This document shows positions 42,688-53,504 of a DNA stretch of 64,000 bases, one piece after another. The notes beneath the pieces are model-generated. The model searched no databases. It saw only the letters and a list, made by a program, of their open reading frames with translations, and had not been told where the DNA came from. The translations under genes and the position numbers were made by a program. Positions within the stretch are counted from its first letter, which is position 1; each line of letters opens with the position of its first letter. Source of the DNA: Phaeosaccion multiseriatum (lineage: Eukaryota; Protista; Ochrophyta, other classes); contig OZ218960.1 of NCBI GenBank assembly GCA_965112735.1, positions 1,116,001 through 1,180,000 of the forward strand. Direction: 5' to 3'.

Positions 42688-43592
42688 ATGGAGGCAAAGG
42701 GGGGAGAGGGAAAGAGCGACGACTGCAAGATAGGGCGAGGGGAAGGCGAGGGAAAGGCAGAGGGAAAGGACGGGGATGACGCTCCTCCGCCCATCATCAA
42801 TCTGGTGGGGTGGGAGGTCTCTCCGAACAGCTGCAATGTAGAGGTAGGAGGAGGTAGAATAGTGCTGTCTTGATCACCGCTCACGTCGCATCGGCCTCGT
42901 CCTCTATACGCTCTTCCCCTCATCTTCCTCCTCTCCTGTACGGACTACGCTTACTCGCGTGGTCCTCCACCTAAGCTCTATTCCCCTCTCTTTCTTCGCC
43001 CCCTTCGCCCCTCCCCCTCCCTCCGTGTTGGCTGTCGTGGCCCGTAGGAGGAGCTCGAGCTCAGCATGGACTTCGAAGTAGATCGAGATGTTGATAATGC
43101 TTATTGGGAGATTAAGGTACGCAGGTGGTTTGATGTAAGTGGACCCGATGCAGCTCCACTCTGTGTGTTCCCAGTCACTCCGCCCGTCCTTCCCCCCTCC
43201 CACGCCCCTCTCATTTTTCACCCGCGCATCGATAATCATCTGGCCTCACTCCTCCTCCTCCCCCTGCCTGCCTGCCTGCCTGCCTGCCGGCCTTGGCTGG
43301 CTGATTCCACCCCTCCCCCGCCCAGTTCCTAGTTGATAGTGTGCACACTCGAGAGATCATCATTCTGGGCCGCACAGAGCGAGAGTCGTACTTTGAAGGC
43401 CCCAACAACATGCTCTTCAGAGCTCCTTCCGTCGACGTGAGCGGCATTCGCCCCTGCACGCTAGCCAACGCCGGTCTGCTCACAGCCACGCTGTGGGCAG
43501 ACGGGAAGGAGTGTGTGGATGTGAATGCAATCGTCCAGGTCGCAAAGGACGGAGAGGCCTTCACGCGCACAGTCTATAGCCCGCTAGAATAG
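42688..43592 (+). CDS. Divergent ASF1-like (histone chaperone fold) protein, 163 aa; exons 42688-42843, 43048-43116, 43326-43592
   Basis: IINLVGWEVSPNSCNVEEELELSMDFEV...WEIKFLVDS...GPNNMLFRAPSVDVSGI...LANAGLLTATLWADGKECVDV follows the ASF1 pattern (V.l..v.V..nP..f.dp..f.ItFE..W...G...F.f.a.pp....I...l.gvt..l....y.g.Ef.rV). The spliced frame is intact. Confidence 0.65.
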
Positions 43593-43711
43593 TCACACCC
43601 ACACGAACAGGGGAGGGAGCGTCTTTGTGTGCAGTTAAAAATAAACAGTTTAGGTGAGTGAATATGAATAAACACTCACAGGCTTTTGTACCTTGTTGTG
43701 CACATATGCAG

Positions 43712-46561
43712 TGACACATACACACACACACGTGTGCGGGGTCTTGTCGGTCTCGTGTGCCTCTTCTCTGCGGTGCTGCCCTTTCCTTCTTTTTGTATAT
43801 GCTTCTTATAGCATGCCTCATCCACTCCCTCTCTCTTCTCCCTGTTGCATGCCCCCCTCGCCCCCTTCTCCCCTGCTTTGATAGAGTGTCCTGTGCCTCC
43901 CCCACACCACTTCTCCTTCTTGGCCTTGCTTGGTCGCTTGTACCGCCGCCGCCACAGCCGCCTAGCTACTTCCTCTCCAGTTGTTCCTTGATGGCAAGCT
44001 CATACCCTCTGTGCATTGCCGTTATGGTTTGTCGCTTCTCATCCTCCCACAGCACACCGCTCTTGATGAGGTAATCGAGACTCAGTAGTTCCTTCTCCTC
44101 CTTTACACCACTGCGCAAAACGTTCACGGGAGACCCCTTTAGCTTCTCCAGTACGGTCCGGCGGCAAGCCTCGACATCAGCCCGTGCTTTGGTCTTAGAC
44201 GAGTCCTCCACTTCAAGGAAAGCCGCAAAATCGTCTCCTCGTGGGGCTCTAATGATGGTGCTTAGCAACCCCGCCGTTGCACTCCTTTTGGCTTCCAGGG
44301 CCTCCTCCAGAGTCTTGCCCCTGCGCAGCCTGCAGTGCAAGTCAAAGATCTCCCCCGCATGGCCCCCCACCGCATCCCACAGCAACTCAAACTCCTTGTC
44401 GGTAAAGTATTCGATGCGCTTGTCGCCATCATTGTCGAGAAGCTTTGGCTCTCGTACAAGCTCATCTTTCACCTCCTCCTTGGTCCACAGTTTCACCTGT
44501 GTGGCCTGGAAGGACTGCGGCGCAGACGTGAGATGCTTTTCGAGGCTGCTCCACAGGTACTCGGAGCTCTCCACAATCACCGCAAACCGGGAGTTGCCCT
44601 GCATGAGCTTTTCAAAGTAGGTGAACACCACGTCAAACATCGCCTGACCGGTGGCATACTCCTGGCCATCCTCCGGCGTCACAAGCTTTTGCACATCTCG
44701 GATGACGAGCACAGGTTTCTTCTCGCCCACCTCCCCGTAGGCAAACATGTCGAGCCCCTCAAGGACTACTTGATAGGACGTTTCTCCCTTTGGGCCGCCG
44801 ATGACGACATTACTCTCGGGTTCGATGGCTACCACGCCCTCCATTTCGGTAGGAATCTTGTCAGCCTCAATCTTGACACCCTTGAGGTCTACTACTCCCA
44901 CCGCTCTCCCCTCTGCTCTCCACCTCTCGATGGCCTCCTGCATGGCGCGCGTCTTGCCCACCGACTTGCGGCCCCACACCATGAGGGCGTGCCTCACTGG
45001 TGTCTCAGTCACGTACGTGTCCAGAGTCTTCAGGTACGTGCTGTGAAGGATGCGAGGAAGTTCTTCCGTGCCTGTCAGATAAGACACGCAAAACGAACGA
45101 CATGGAGGTGTGAGTGAGTGAGTGGGTGAGTGAGTGAGTGAGTGAGTGAGTGAGTGAGTGAGTGAGTGAGTGAGTGAGTGAGTGAGTGAGTGAGTGAGTG
45201 AGTGAGTGAGTGAGTGAGTGAGCAAGCGAGTGAGTGAGTGAGTGAGTGAGTGAGTGGGTTAGTGAGTGAGTGAGTGGGTGGGTGAGTGAGTGAGGATGAG
45301 AGCAAGCGCACGCCTTCTTCTTCCATACCAGCTCGTCCGCGCCATCATGAGCTCGTACCTTTCCATCGCCTTAAGGGAGACTCTCCAACACCATCTTGCT
45401 TAACGTTCATGGACAGCACAGAAGGCACTCCACGACAGGGACTTCGAGAGGGGGACATGCCCGCGATGGCCCTTTGGGAGCTCATCACTGCTCCCGGGCC
45501 CTGCCACGGCGTTTGAAGTCCAGCAGGAGAGAAGGCCGGGGCACGGACTGGGGAGAAGGCACAGAACACGGGCATATAGGTCACAGGGTGTCGGGCAGGC
45601 GGGCAGGCACAAAGTATGATGAATGCAGGTGAGAGGAAGAACGAGCAACAGAGACAGCGACGCAAAAGACTGAGGGCCCAAGAGGGAGACAGAGAACAAG
45701 AGAGAAACCAAGAGAAAGAGGTAGAGAGGGAGGAAGAGAAATAGAGAGGAACAGGGGCGGAGCGCGGGAGGCACAGGGAGACGGAGCAAGAAGAAGGGAG
45801 GCAGAGAAATATCACACCCTCATCACCGACACCATCCCAAAAAAAAAACGCGCATGAGCAGTAGGACCCGTGAAGCAGGTGGAAAGGAACCGAGAGAGAG
45901 GCACCGACGAGAGAGAGACAAGTGAACAAAAGACAGACCGAGAAAGAAGAGAGGAGGAAAGAGAGAGAGAGAAATCTCGCACCCTCATCACAGACAGCAC
46001 TTAACCCAAAAGCCCACTCCCCCCTCATCAGACTGGCAACATGGAACACACCTCTCTCACCGTGCGGCCTGCACACCGCCGATCCGCCGGAGCAGAAGCC
46101 CAGCCCATGAAAGGCTTCGGTAAGTCCCAGCAGCAGCAAAGGCACGAGCCCCCGCATGTAGTACATCCTTGGAGGGAGAAGAGATCGTGTTTTCAAAGGT
46201 TCTTCAAGCGCCGCACATAATAAATCGAAGGGGGGGGTTGGGTGTCATTGACATAATCTTCGAAGCTTCCAGTCGCCCCTCAACGAAAAAATGTTTTCCC
46301 AGCTCTCCCAAGGGCTGGAGGTGGACGATGGCTCCCAATGGTTTGATAACTCACAGCAGAATGGGAGACACAGCAGTCAGGGCCAGAGCCAGCAAGACCT
46401 TGGCTTTAGCCAACAGACCGGCAGCCAACCTCTCCGACGGAGAGGGGGGGGAGGAAGGGGCGGGAGAGCGGCTGTCGCTACTGCTGCTGCTGCTGCGGTG
46501 TGCGAGAACTGCCAGTCGGAGGACTTTGATACCACCGACGTGGGAGAGATGGTCTGCAGAG
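43712..46561 (-). repeat. Inverted segmental duplication, copy B (partner 25413-28977)
   Basis: Reverse complement of copy A. Confidence 0.92.
43966..46166 (-). CDS. P-loop NTPase (STAND/'archaeal ATPase'-like) with signal peptide and AF motif, 466 aa; exons 46166-46061, 45547-45359, 45071-43966
   Basis: MYYMRGLVPLLLLGLTEA|FH presequence, Walker A VWGRKSVGKT, Walker-B-like VLVIRDVQKL, VIVESS, LWDAVGGHAG (GxP-equivalent helix) and winged-helix-like LDYLIKSGVL. Exons sum to 1401 nt, in frame. Confidence 0.8.
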
Positions 46562-47340
46562 AATGCGGTGTGCGCTTTGAAGGTCGGTCCAGGTGGAGCT
46601 TTGAATTGGTCCCCTCTCTAAAATCTACACACCAGCAGCACCATCACCACCACCGCACACACTACACTTATCTCGAGACGAATTCTCCGACACCTTTCCT
46701 TCCTTGCCGCCCAATCTCCGCAGGCAATCTGAATGAAGAGCTGGACCTCGACGATGATGACCCTCTGCTTCGCGCGGGCACCAGCTGGATGCGAGTGAGG
46801 CGCATCAAAAGGCCTCGACAGCGCAAAGAGGGTTTGAAAAAGGCAAAGGACGCCTCCACCGTCGACTGCCTGAGGGCCTATCAGCATGTGCGTGAACACA
46901 TACTCGGTCGTGTCTTATCCCCCCCTCAGTCTTCCCCCTGTACATTCCACTCGTTTCCGCTCTCCTGAGTCTGGCGTGGGACCCTACCTCTCAAGGGAGA
47001 GCGTCAGACCTCCCTCCCCCTCCCTAACCTGCTTCCCTGACATTCTTTTGTCATTCTCGTCCAAACAAACACCAAACAAACAAGCTGGTGCTGTTGCAAG
47101 CGCGGGCCGTGGAAGACATCCTTGGTCTCACTCCCCCAGCAGTAGCAGGGGGAGAGGGAAGGGGGGAAAGCAGCACGCCTGGGACTGCCGCTGGCGACGG
47201 CAACAAAAGCACCAACACCAACGCCAATACCAACACCGACCAGCGCCCTGTAGCAGGGCCCTTGTGTGCCATTGTGCGGAAGCTGTGGTTCTCCTACATC
47301 GAGCGCTGGGCACACCATAGCCGATACCCAATAGGTGAGG

Positions 47341-47393
<53 letters not shown>

Positions 47394-47606
47394 GTAGCCA
47401 TCAGTCAGCGACCTCAAAGGAATTCCTTTACGGCCTTGGTGAGCACCGCTCCGCTCTTTCCCCTGTCTCCCCTCGCTGTCTATCCAACCCCTTCTTGTGG
47501 TCTTCCTTCTTTTCCACGGGCCTATCACTGCCCTATTTTTTCATCTCTCCCACCTGCAAGCTGAATAACCTCTTGGCCGCTTTCGTGATGCCTGCTCTCC
47601 TCGCAA

Positions 47607-47639
<33 letters not shown>

Positions 47640-47675
47640 CACACACACACACGCACACACACACACACACACACG

Positions 47676-47774
<99 letters not shown>

Positions 47775-50443
47775 CTACGCAGGGGAATGCTTTCGATCCA
47801 TCAACGGCGAGCAGTTCCGAAGACCGCAGCGAAAGAGGCCGAGGCCGACAGCATCAGAGCTGCGAGAGGGCTCAGAAGCGGATAGAGACGACGAGGGGCC
47901 AAGAGGAGAGAAGGAGCAAGATGTGAAGCCTGTGGTAGGCGGCTTGTTGGTGGCGGGCAGACGAGTGGGGGTGAAAAGCAGAACTGGCCATCGCTTGAGA
48001 CAGGATAGAACCGCCTCGACGGTCATGCTGACCCGCAGGAGGAGGGAGAAGGAGCGGAGCAGGCTGGTCGGTGGTAGTAGCAGCAGCAGTAGCAGCAGTA
48101 GTGGGGTTTTGGTGAAGGAGGAGCAAAGAGGGAGCGGAGACGAGCAAGACGAACAAGGGCGAGATGCAGGGGGGGAAGAGGGGGGGGAAGAGGAAGACGA
48201 GGAGGAGGAAGATGAAGAGGGGGAGAAGGAAGGAGGGGAAGAGGAGGAGGAGGAGGAGGAGGAGGAGGAGGTGGAGGAGGAGGAGGAGGAGGAGGAGGAG
48301 GAGGAGGGGGAGGAGGAGGAGGAGGAGGACGAGGAGGACGAGGAGGAGGAGGACGAGGAAGAGGAGGACGGGGGGGGGGGGGATGAGGGGGATAAGGGGG
48401 AGGAGAAGACAAAGCCAGCCGCAACACTGGCAGGCGGCAGTTCAGTATCGTCGTCGTCGCTTTTCTTCAAGTCAGCAGCGACGGGAGCAGCGGGAGCAGC
48501 AGGAGTAGGAGGAGCAGGAGCAACGAGAGGAGGAAGAAGACGAGTGGGGGGTGCGAAGAATAAACCCGGAAAGCGGTACTACGGCCTGCAGGCCAGTGTC
48601 CGCGAGATGGGCCTCCCCGTGTCCGTCGGGCAGCTTGTGTCTGTCACCATGCCCCTCAGCATGGCCTTGCTCAACGTTGCTTGCCTCACTCTGCGGAGTG
48701 GAGTGGTGCCCATCGAGCTCATACGGTGGTGCCGGACTGGGCAGGTGCCCTACCTGAGTGCGCTGTACTGCCTGCCCCAGGCGCTGCAGGAAGGGGTGGC
48801 GGTGGTCGCAAGTTGGTTCCTCCCTCGCAGCCTTCCCACTACGCGTCAGGTGAGCGAGTGAGGGGAGGGGAGGGGAGGAGGAGGGGGAGGGGGAGGGGGA
48901 GGGGGAGGGGGAGGGAGAGGCGGTCTTCTCTTTCTACGCTTACCGCCTTCTTTCTCTCGGCCTTGTGGTTCCGCTTACTTCTCATTCCGCCCCACCCCGC
49001 ATGTGTGTGTGTCGAACGGGGGGGGGGGTATGGTGTTTGTTTCACCAACACTCGTTCTTGATGAGTTGTGACTCTCTCTCTCGCTCTCTCTCCCTCACTC
49101 GCTCGCTCGCTGTCAGTTGACACTCCTGCTCCTTCTCCTTGTCGCTTTGCTCCCAGTTCCGCCCTTCCCTCCTTCCATCCCCTCCCTCACTCCCTCCCTC
49201 CCTCCCCCTCCCTCCCTCCCTCCCTCCCTCACTCCCTCCCTCCCTCCCTCCCCCTCCCTCCCTCCCTCCCTCCCTCCCTCCCTCCCACCCACCCACTACC
49301 GTTCCTCAGATAACCTTCCTAAGCAGTCGCCTCTGCATGGCGCTGGGTGTCTCTCTGCCCTCTCCCAACGTGCCTCTCTGCGGTGGCCGCTTCATCTCTC
49401 AGCTGCGCCTCCCCTCAGCTTCGCTCTCCATCTTCCACAGAATAGTGCAGCTTCTGCAGCAGAGTGACTACACCCAGCAGCAGCAGTTGGTGATACAACA
49501 GCAGCAGCAGCAGTTGGTGATACAACAGCAGCAGCAGCAGTTGGTGATACAACAGCAGCAGCAGCAGCAGCAGCAGCAGGAGGAGCAGGAGAAGGAGGAA
49601 GAGGACGAGGCACCAAGAGAAGGAGGCGTGAGGGGGCGCGGCGGTGGAGAGAGCCCAGCGACAGCGTCTTCGTCCTCCTCCTCAGCAGCGTTGAGTCCTC
49701 AACTCCATGCGTCCTTTCAGCCTCTGACTACTGCAGACGCGTGCGATATCATGGCTCTGGTTGTGGTGTCGGTGTGCGTGCAGAAGGGCTGGGAGGGGTG
49801 GGTGTGGGGATGGACCTGCAAGGGCGGTGTCCCGGGGGGCTCAAGCGACAGAAGAGAAAGAGGAGGAGCAGGAGGAGGGTCCTCGATTGCTCGCGCAGTG
49901 CCATACACGGCGGAGGAGATGCGAGATATGCGCCGGAGCGAACTCAGCGACTATTTGTGGTGAGCTCTCTCTCTCTCCTTTTCTCTCCCTCTCCACCTCC
50001 CTCTCATGCTCTCTCTCTCCATCTCACCCCCCCCCCCCAACCCAACCCAACCCTCCTCCCTTGCCACACCTCCTCCTCCCCCTCCTGCTCCTCCCCCTCC
50101 TCCTCCTCCTCCTCCCCCTCCTCCTCCTCCTCCTCCTCCCCCTCCTCCTCCTCCCCCTCCCCCTCCTCCACGTCCTGGTTGGGCCTATGTGTAGGGCGTG
50201 CGAGCAGGTGATATTCCGACGACACGGCCGCCGTGCCCAGGACGTAACGGGGGAGCATGAGGAGATCGGTTACGCTGGGTTGGGTAGTCAGCACTCCAAG
50301 GCATTGGAGCGTCTGGCACAGGGCATTGAGGCTGAAGGGGCCGCAACCAAGGCAAGGGCGGGCCAACCAGTCGACCAAGTAGACGGAGTTGGATGGAAGG
50401 GATACAGCCTCCCTGGCTCTCGGTCCTACGTATTCCGGGGCAT

Positions 50444-50484
<41 letters not shown>

Positions 50485-51674
50485 GCGGCGGCGGCGGCGG
50501 CGGGGAGCCGCGCTCGAAAAAGAAGAAGAAAGACATGAGAGGAAGAGAGGAGGGAGTAACTGCTGCAGACAGTATCCAGAGTGAAGGAAGGTGCCAGTCT
50601 AGCGATGGCCGCTTGCAGGACAGTGGTGCAGACGGAGAGGGTGACGGGGTTTGTACACGAAGCCCTGCCAACACCCCTGCATCGACGGTCGTGTCCGGTA
50701 GCAGCAAGAGCGAAAGGGATAAGCACAGCAACAGCAGCAACAGCAGTAGTAGCACAGAGAGCAGCAGCAAGAGAAGAAGAGGCAGCAGTAGCAATAGCAA
50801 TAGCAGCAGCAGCGATGGGGTGGGAACGCATCCTCCTGAGCGCTTCCAACCATTAGTTCTCTACGGCCTCCACGTGGAGAGACAGAGAGAGCACAACGAC
50901 TGGATGTATGGCTATTTCGCAAGGGGGAAGAAGCACCAGAACCTCTACAACCTCCCACCAACGCCGCCATCCCGACGCCCACGGCAACGACAACAACAAG
51001 AAGGAGGAGGAGGAGGAGGAGGAGGAGGAGGAGGAGGAGGAGGAGGAGGAGGAGGAGGAGGAGGAGGACAAGTGCGAGGGAGTCGTGTGAAGGAGGAGGA
51101 GAAGAAGGTGAACAAGAAGAAGAAGAAGAAGAAGAAAGCGACTTGGGACGAAGTGCTCAGAGAGGAGAGGGGGGAGGGGACGTGCAGCGCAGAGTACGCC
51201 CTGCTGGTGGAGGCGTGCGCAGCGTTGTTAGAGGTGGCTCCTCACCTCCTGGCGGGGGCCGTGGAGCGTTTGAAAAGGCGGTTACGGGCGATGGTCCTGG
51301 CCAAGCAGGCGGAGGAGAAAGCGGCGGCGGCGGCGGCGGCGGCGGCGGTGGAGGCGGAGGAGGAAGACGACGAGGACGACGACGAGGATGACGAGGAGAG
51401 GGAGGAGGAGGAGGAGGAGGAGGAGGAGGAGGAGGAGGAGGAGGAGGAGGAGGAGGAGGAGGAGGAGAGGCCTGTGCGATTGAAGTTCGAACGAACCCCC
51501 AACAAGGAGGTCAATCTGCAGAGGAAGGCGATGCGCTGCCTCCACTCGCTGGGGCTGCAGCGACAGAGTCGCACGAAACGGGGGCAGGCAGCGACCAGCA
51601 AGGGCAGGCCATTCCCTCAGTGGCTGACGGACCATCTCGAGAGACAAGAGGAGGAGAACGACGTTGCGTTGTGA
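46291..51674 (+). CDS. RRN7: RNA polymerase I initiation factor RRN7/TAF1B-like; exons ~46291-46582, 46724-46888, 47085-47334, 47783-48849, 49310-49959, 50195-51674
   Basis: N-terminal zinc ribbon CENCQS...[22 protein letters not shown], and [40 protein letters not shown] (TAF1B core motif). Confidence 0.82.
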
Positions 51675-51999
51675 TGAAGGGGCGAGGCGGGCGAGGCGGG
51701 CGAGGCCGGGCGGCAGGGAGCCAGAGCAGGGCAGAGCAGAGCAAGGACAGGGCAATGCACACGGGGTATGCGATCGATCTTCTCCTTCCTTGAACTCGTC
51801 GTTCGCTTCGCTTCGCTTCTCTTGTTTCTCCCAACATGTTGGGTGATGACGGTGGCGCCGCTCTTGGGCACACGCCCCTGCGGCACCTCCCCTTTTAATG
51901 GATGAAAGAAGCTCTTATTATATCGATCGACTTGGCTTTGAACGGCCCTCCTGGTCCTGTCAATTAAAAATATATTCTCTACCGGTTACCGGATGGCGG

Positions 52000-53206
52000 T
52001 TACCGGATGGCCACATCTAAGTAGTCTCCCGGTTGGAAGCGCACAGAAGCGAGGGTTTTGTCGTCGTCGGGGCCCTCCTGACCCTTGGTGGTGACCCCCA
52101 CTTCGCTCACCACCATTTCCCCCCGCTTGTTGGGGTACACAATGGCGAACGAGAGCTTTGCTCGAGGCTTTCTCGCACTCGGGCACACGTTCTGCGAAAG
52201 GAGATGGGGCATCAGGGCAAGCAGAGCCGTGGGGGGGTGGTGGAGGGAGGGGAGAGGGGGTTGGAGGTTTGAGGTGTTTTGGTTTGTGTTGCGTGTGTGT
52301 CTCCCTCTCCATCACATTCAGTGGTGGTGAGGTGTTTCGTTTTGTGTTGTGTGTAAGTCTCCCTCTCCATTACAGTCAGTGGTGGTGAGGTGTGTGTGTC
52401 TCCCTCTCCATCACAGTCATTGCCTCACGTAGAGCCCACGCGCCGCTGTGTCTCTGCCCGTTCGGGCTGATTCTCTCGTGCGCGGGTGCAGCGCTCGACT
52501 CCGACGCCCTGACATGACGTCCCCGAAATGGTTCGCTGCCCTCTTGCCGACTTGCTATCCGGTCCAATCAAGCCAAGAGGATCTGGATCCACTCGCAGTC
52601 GCCTTCTCTTCCAACCAGGCGACGCCTCTGTAACTGCGAGGTGCCGCACCACTATAAGGACCGTCCCAACGAACAGCCCCAGCTGCCTGCACTTCGCAGT
52701 AGGGCGCAATGGCCAGTTGTTTGCCTGCATCTTCCTGCATCCACCCGTGTCGTACTTTCGTACCTGAACTAATTGGGAGAGCTCTTCGAGTGAGGCATCT
52801 TCCCAGGTGTAAATCTGCAGCTCGTTCTCGGGAAGGGGAGTCCGGGGAGCATACTTTTCGCTGCTATGGTGGGTCTGTTGGCGCCAAAAGCAACGCAGGA
52901 GGAACGGACACACCTGGGCGTGGGGAGGAGAGGGGGTGAGGGCGGGTTGGGGGTGTATCTCTGTCCAGGCAGGCAGAGGCTGCAGTAGCTCAACGGGAGT
53001 AAAGAGGCTGCTTCTTCGAGTCGGAAGCCAGCGCCCTTTGGGAACCAGCCATCATATGCATAGGGAGAAGGAAGTAGTGCTCAACACACCTCTCCTCTCC
53101 CCTCGTCCACTCCACCATTCCTCACCCTCCTCTCCTCCATCTACCTAGCGTCACGCTCGAGCGCCGCCTCCTGCTCTCTCACCTCGTGCCTTTGAATCGG
53201 CTTCAT
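52000..53206 (-). CDS. SAP18: Sin3-associated protein SAP18; exons 53206-53183, 52913-52764, 52191-52000
   Basis: MKPIQRHE | VCPFLLRCF...NELQIYTWEDASLEELSQLV...LSFAIVYP...DDDKTLASVRFQPGDYLDVAI. Confidence 0.93.
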
Positions 53207-53504
53207 CCTCCCTCCCTTGTCCCTCTATCCACCTTCTCCTCTTCCGATCTTCCGACCACTCGTCGCAGCAGCAACTCTACACAACAAGTCAGATCTCGAT
53301 ACAATGCCGCCCTGTACAGGAGGGTGTGGTCTTGTGGAAGGAGAGCAAGGGCGGATTCGTGGAACGGATAGAGACAGGAGACAGGAGACAAGTAAAGGTC
53401 GCATCACATGCCAAACTGGAAACCATAGATCAGCCTATACACCTTTACATACGTTTCGTTTGTTTTGTTCAGCCAGCAGATATCGCACGGACGATAGCCT
53501 CGCT

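Noticed and set aside
25413-46561. Inverted repeats as TIRs of a giant transposon (Polinton/Maverick) or endogenous virus
   Set aside because: The repeats consist of a host gene plus an RRN7 fragment, the interior holds intron-rich housekeeping-type genes, and no transposase, integrase, polymerase or capsid is evident.
51983-52011. 14-bp tandem duplication over the SAP18 stop codon (also 37-bp at ~35996-36070 and ~47-bp at ~20560-20646)
   Set aside because: Local slippage duplications with no coding consequence.
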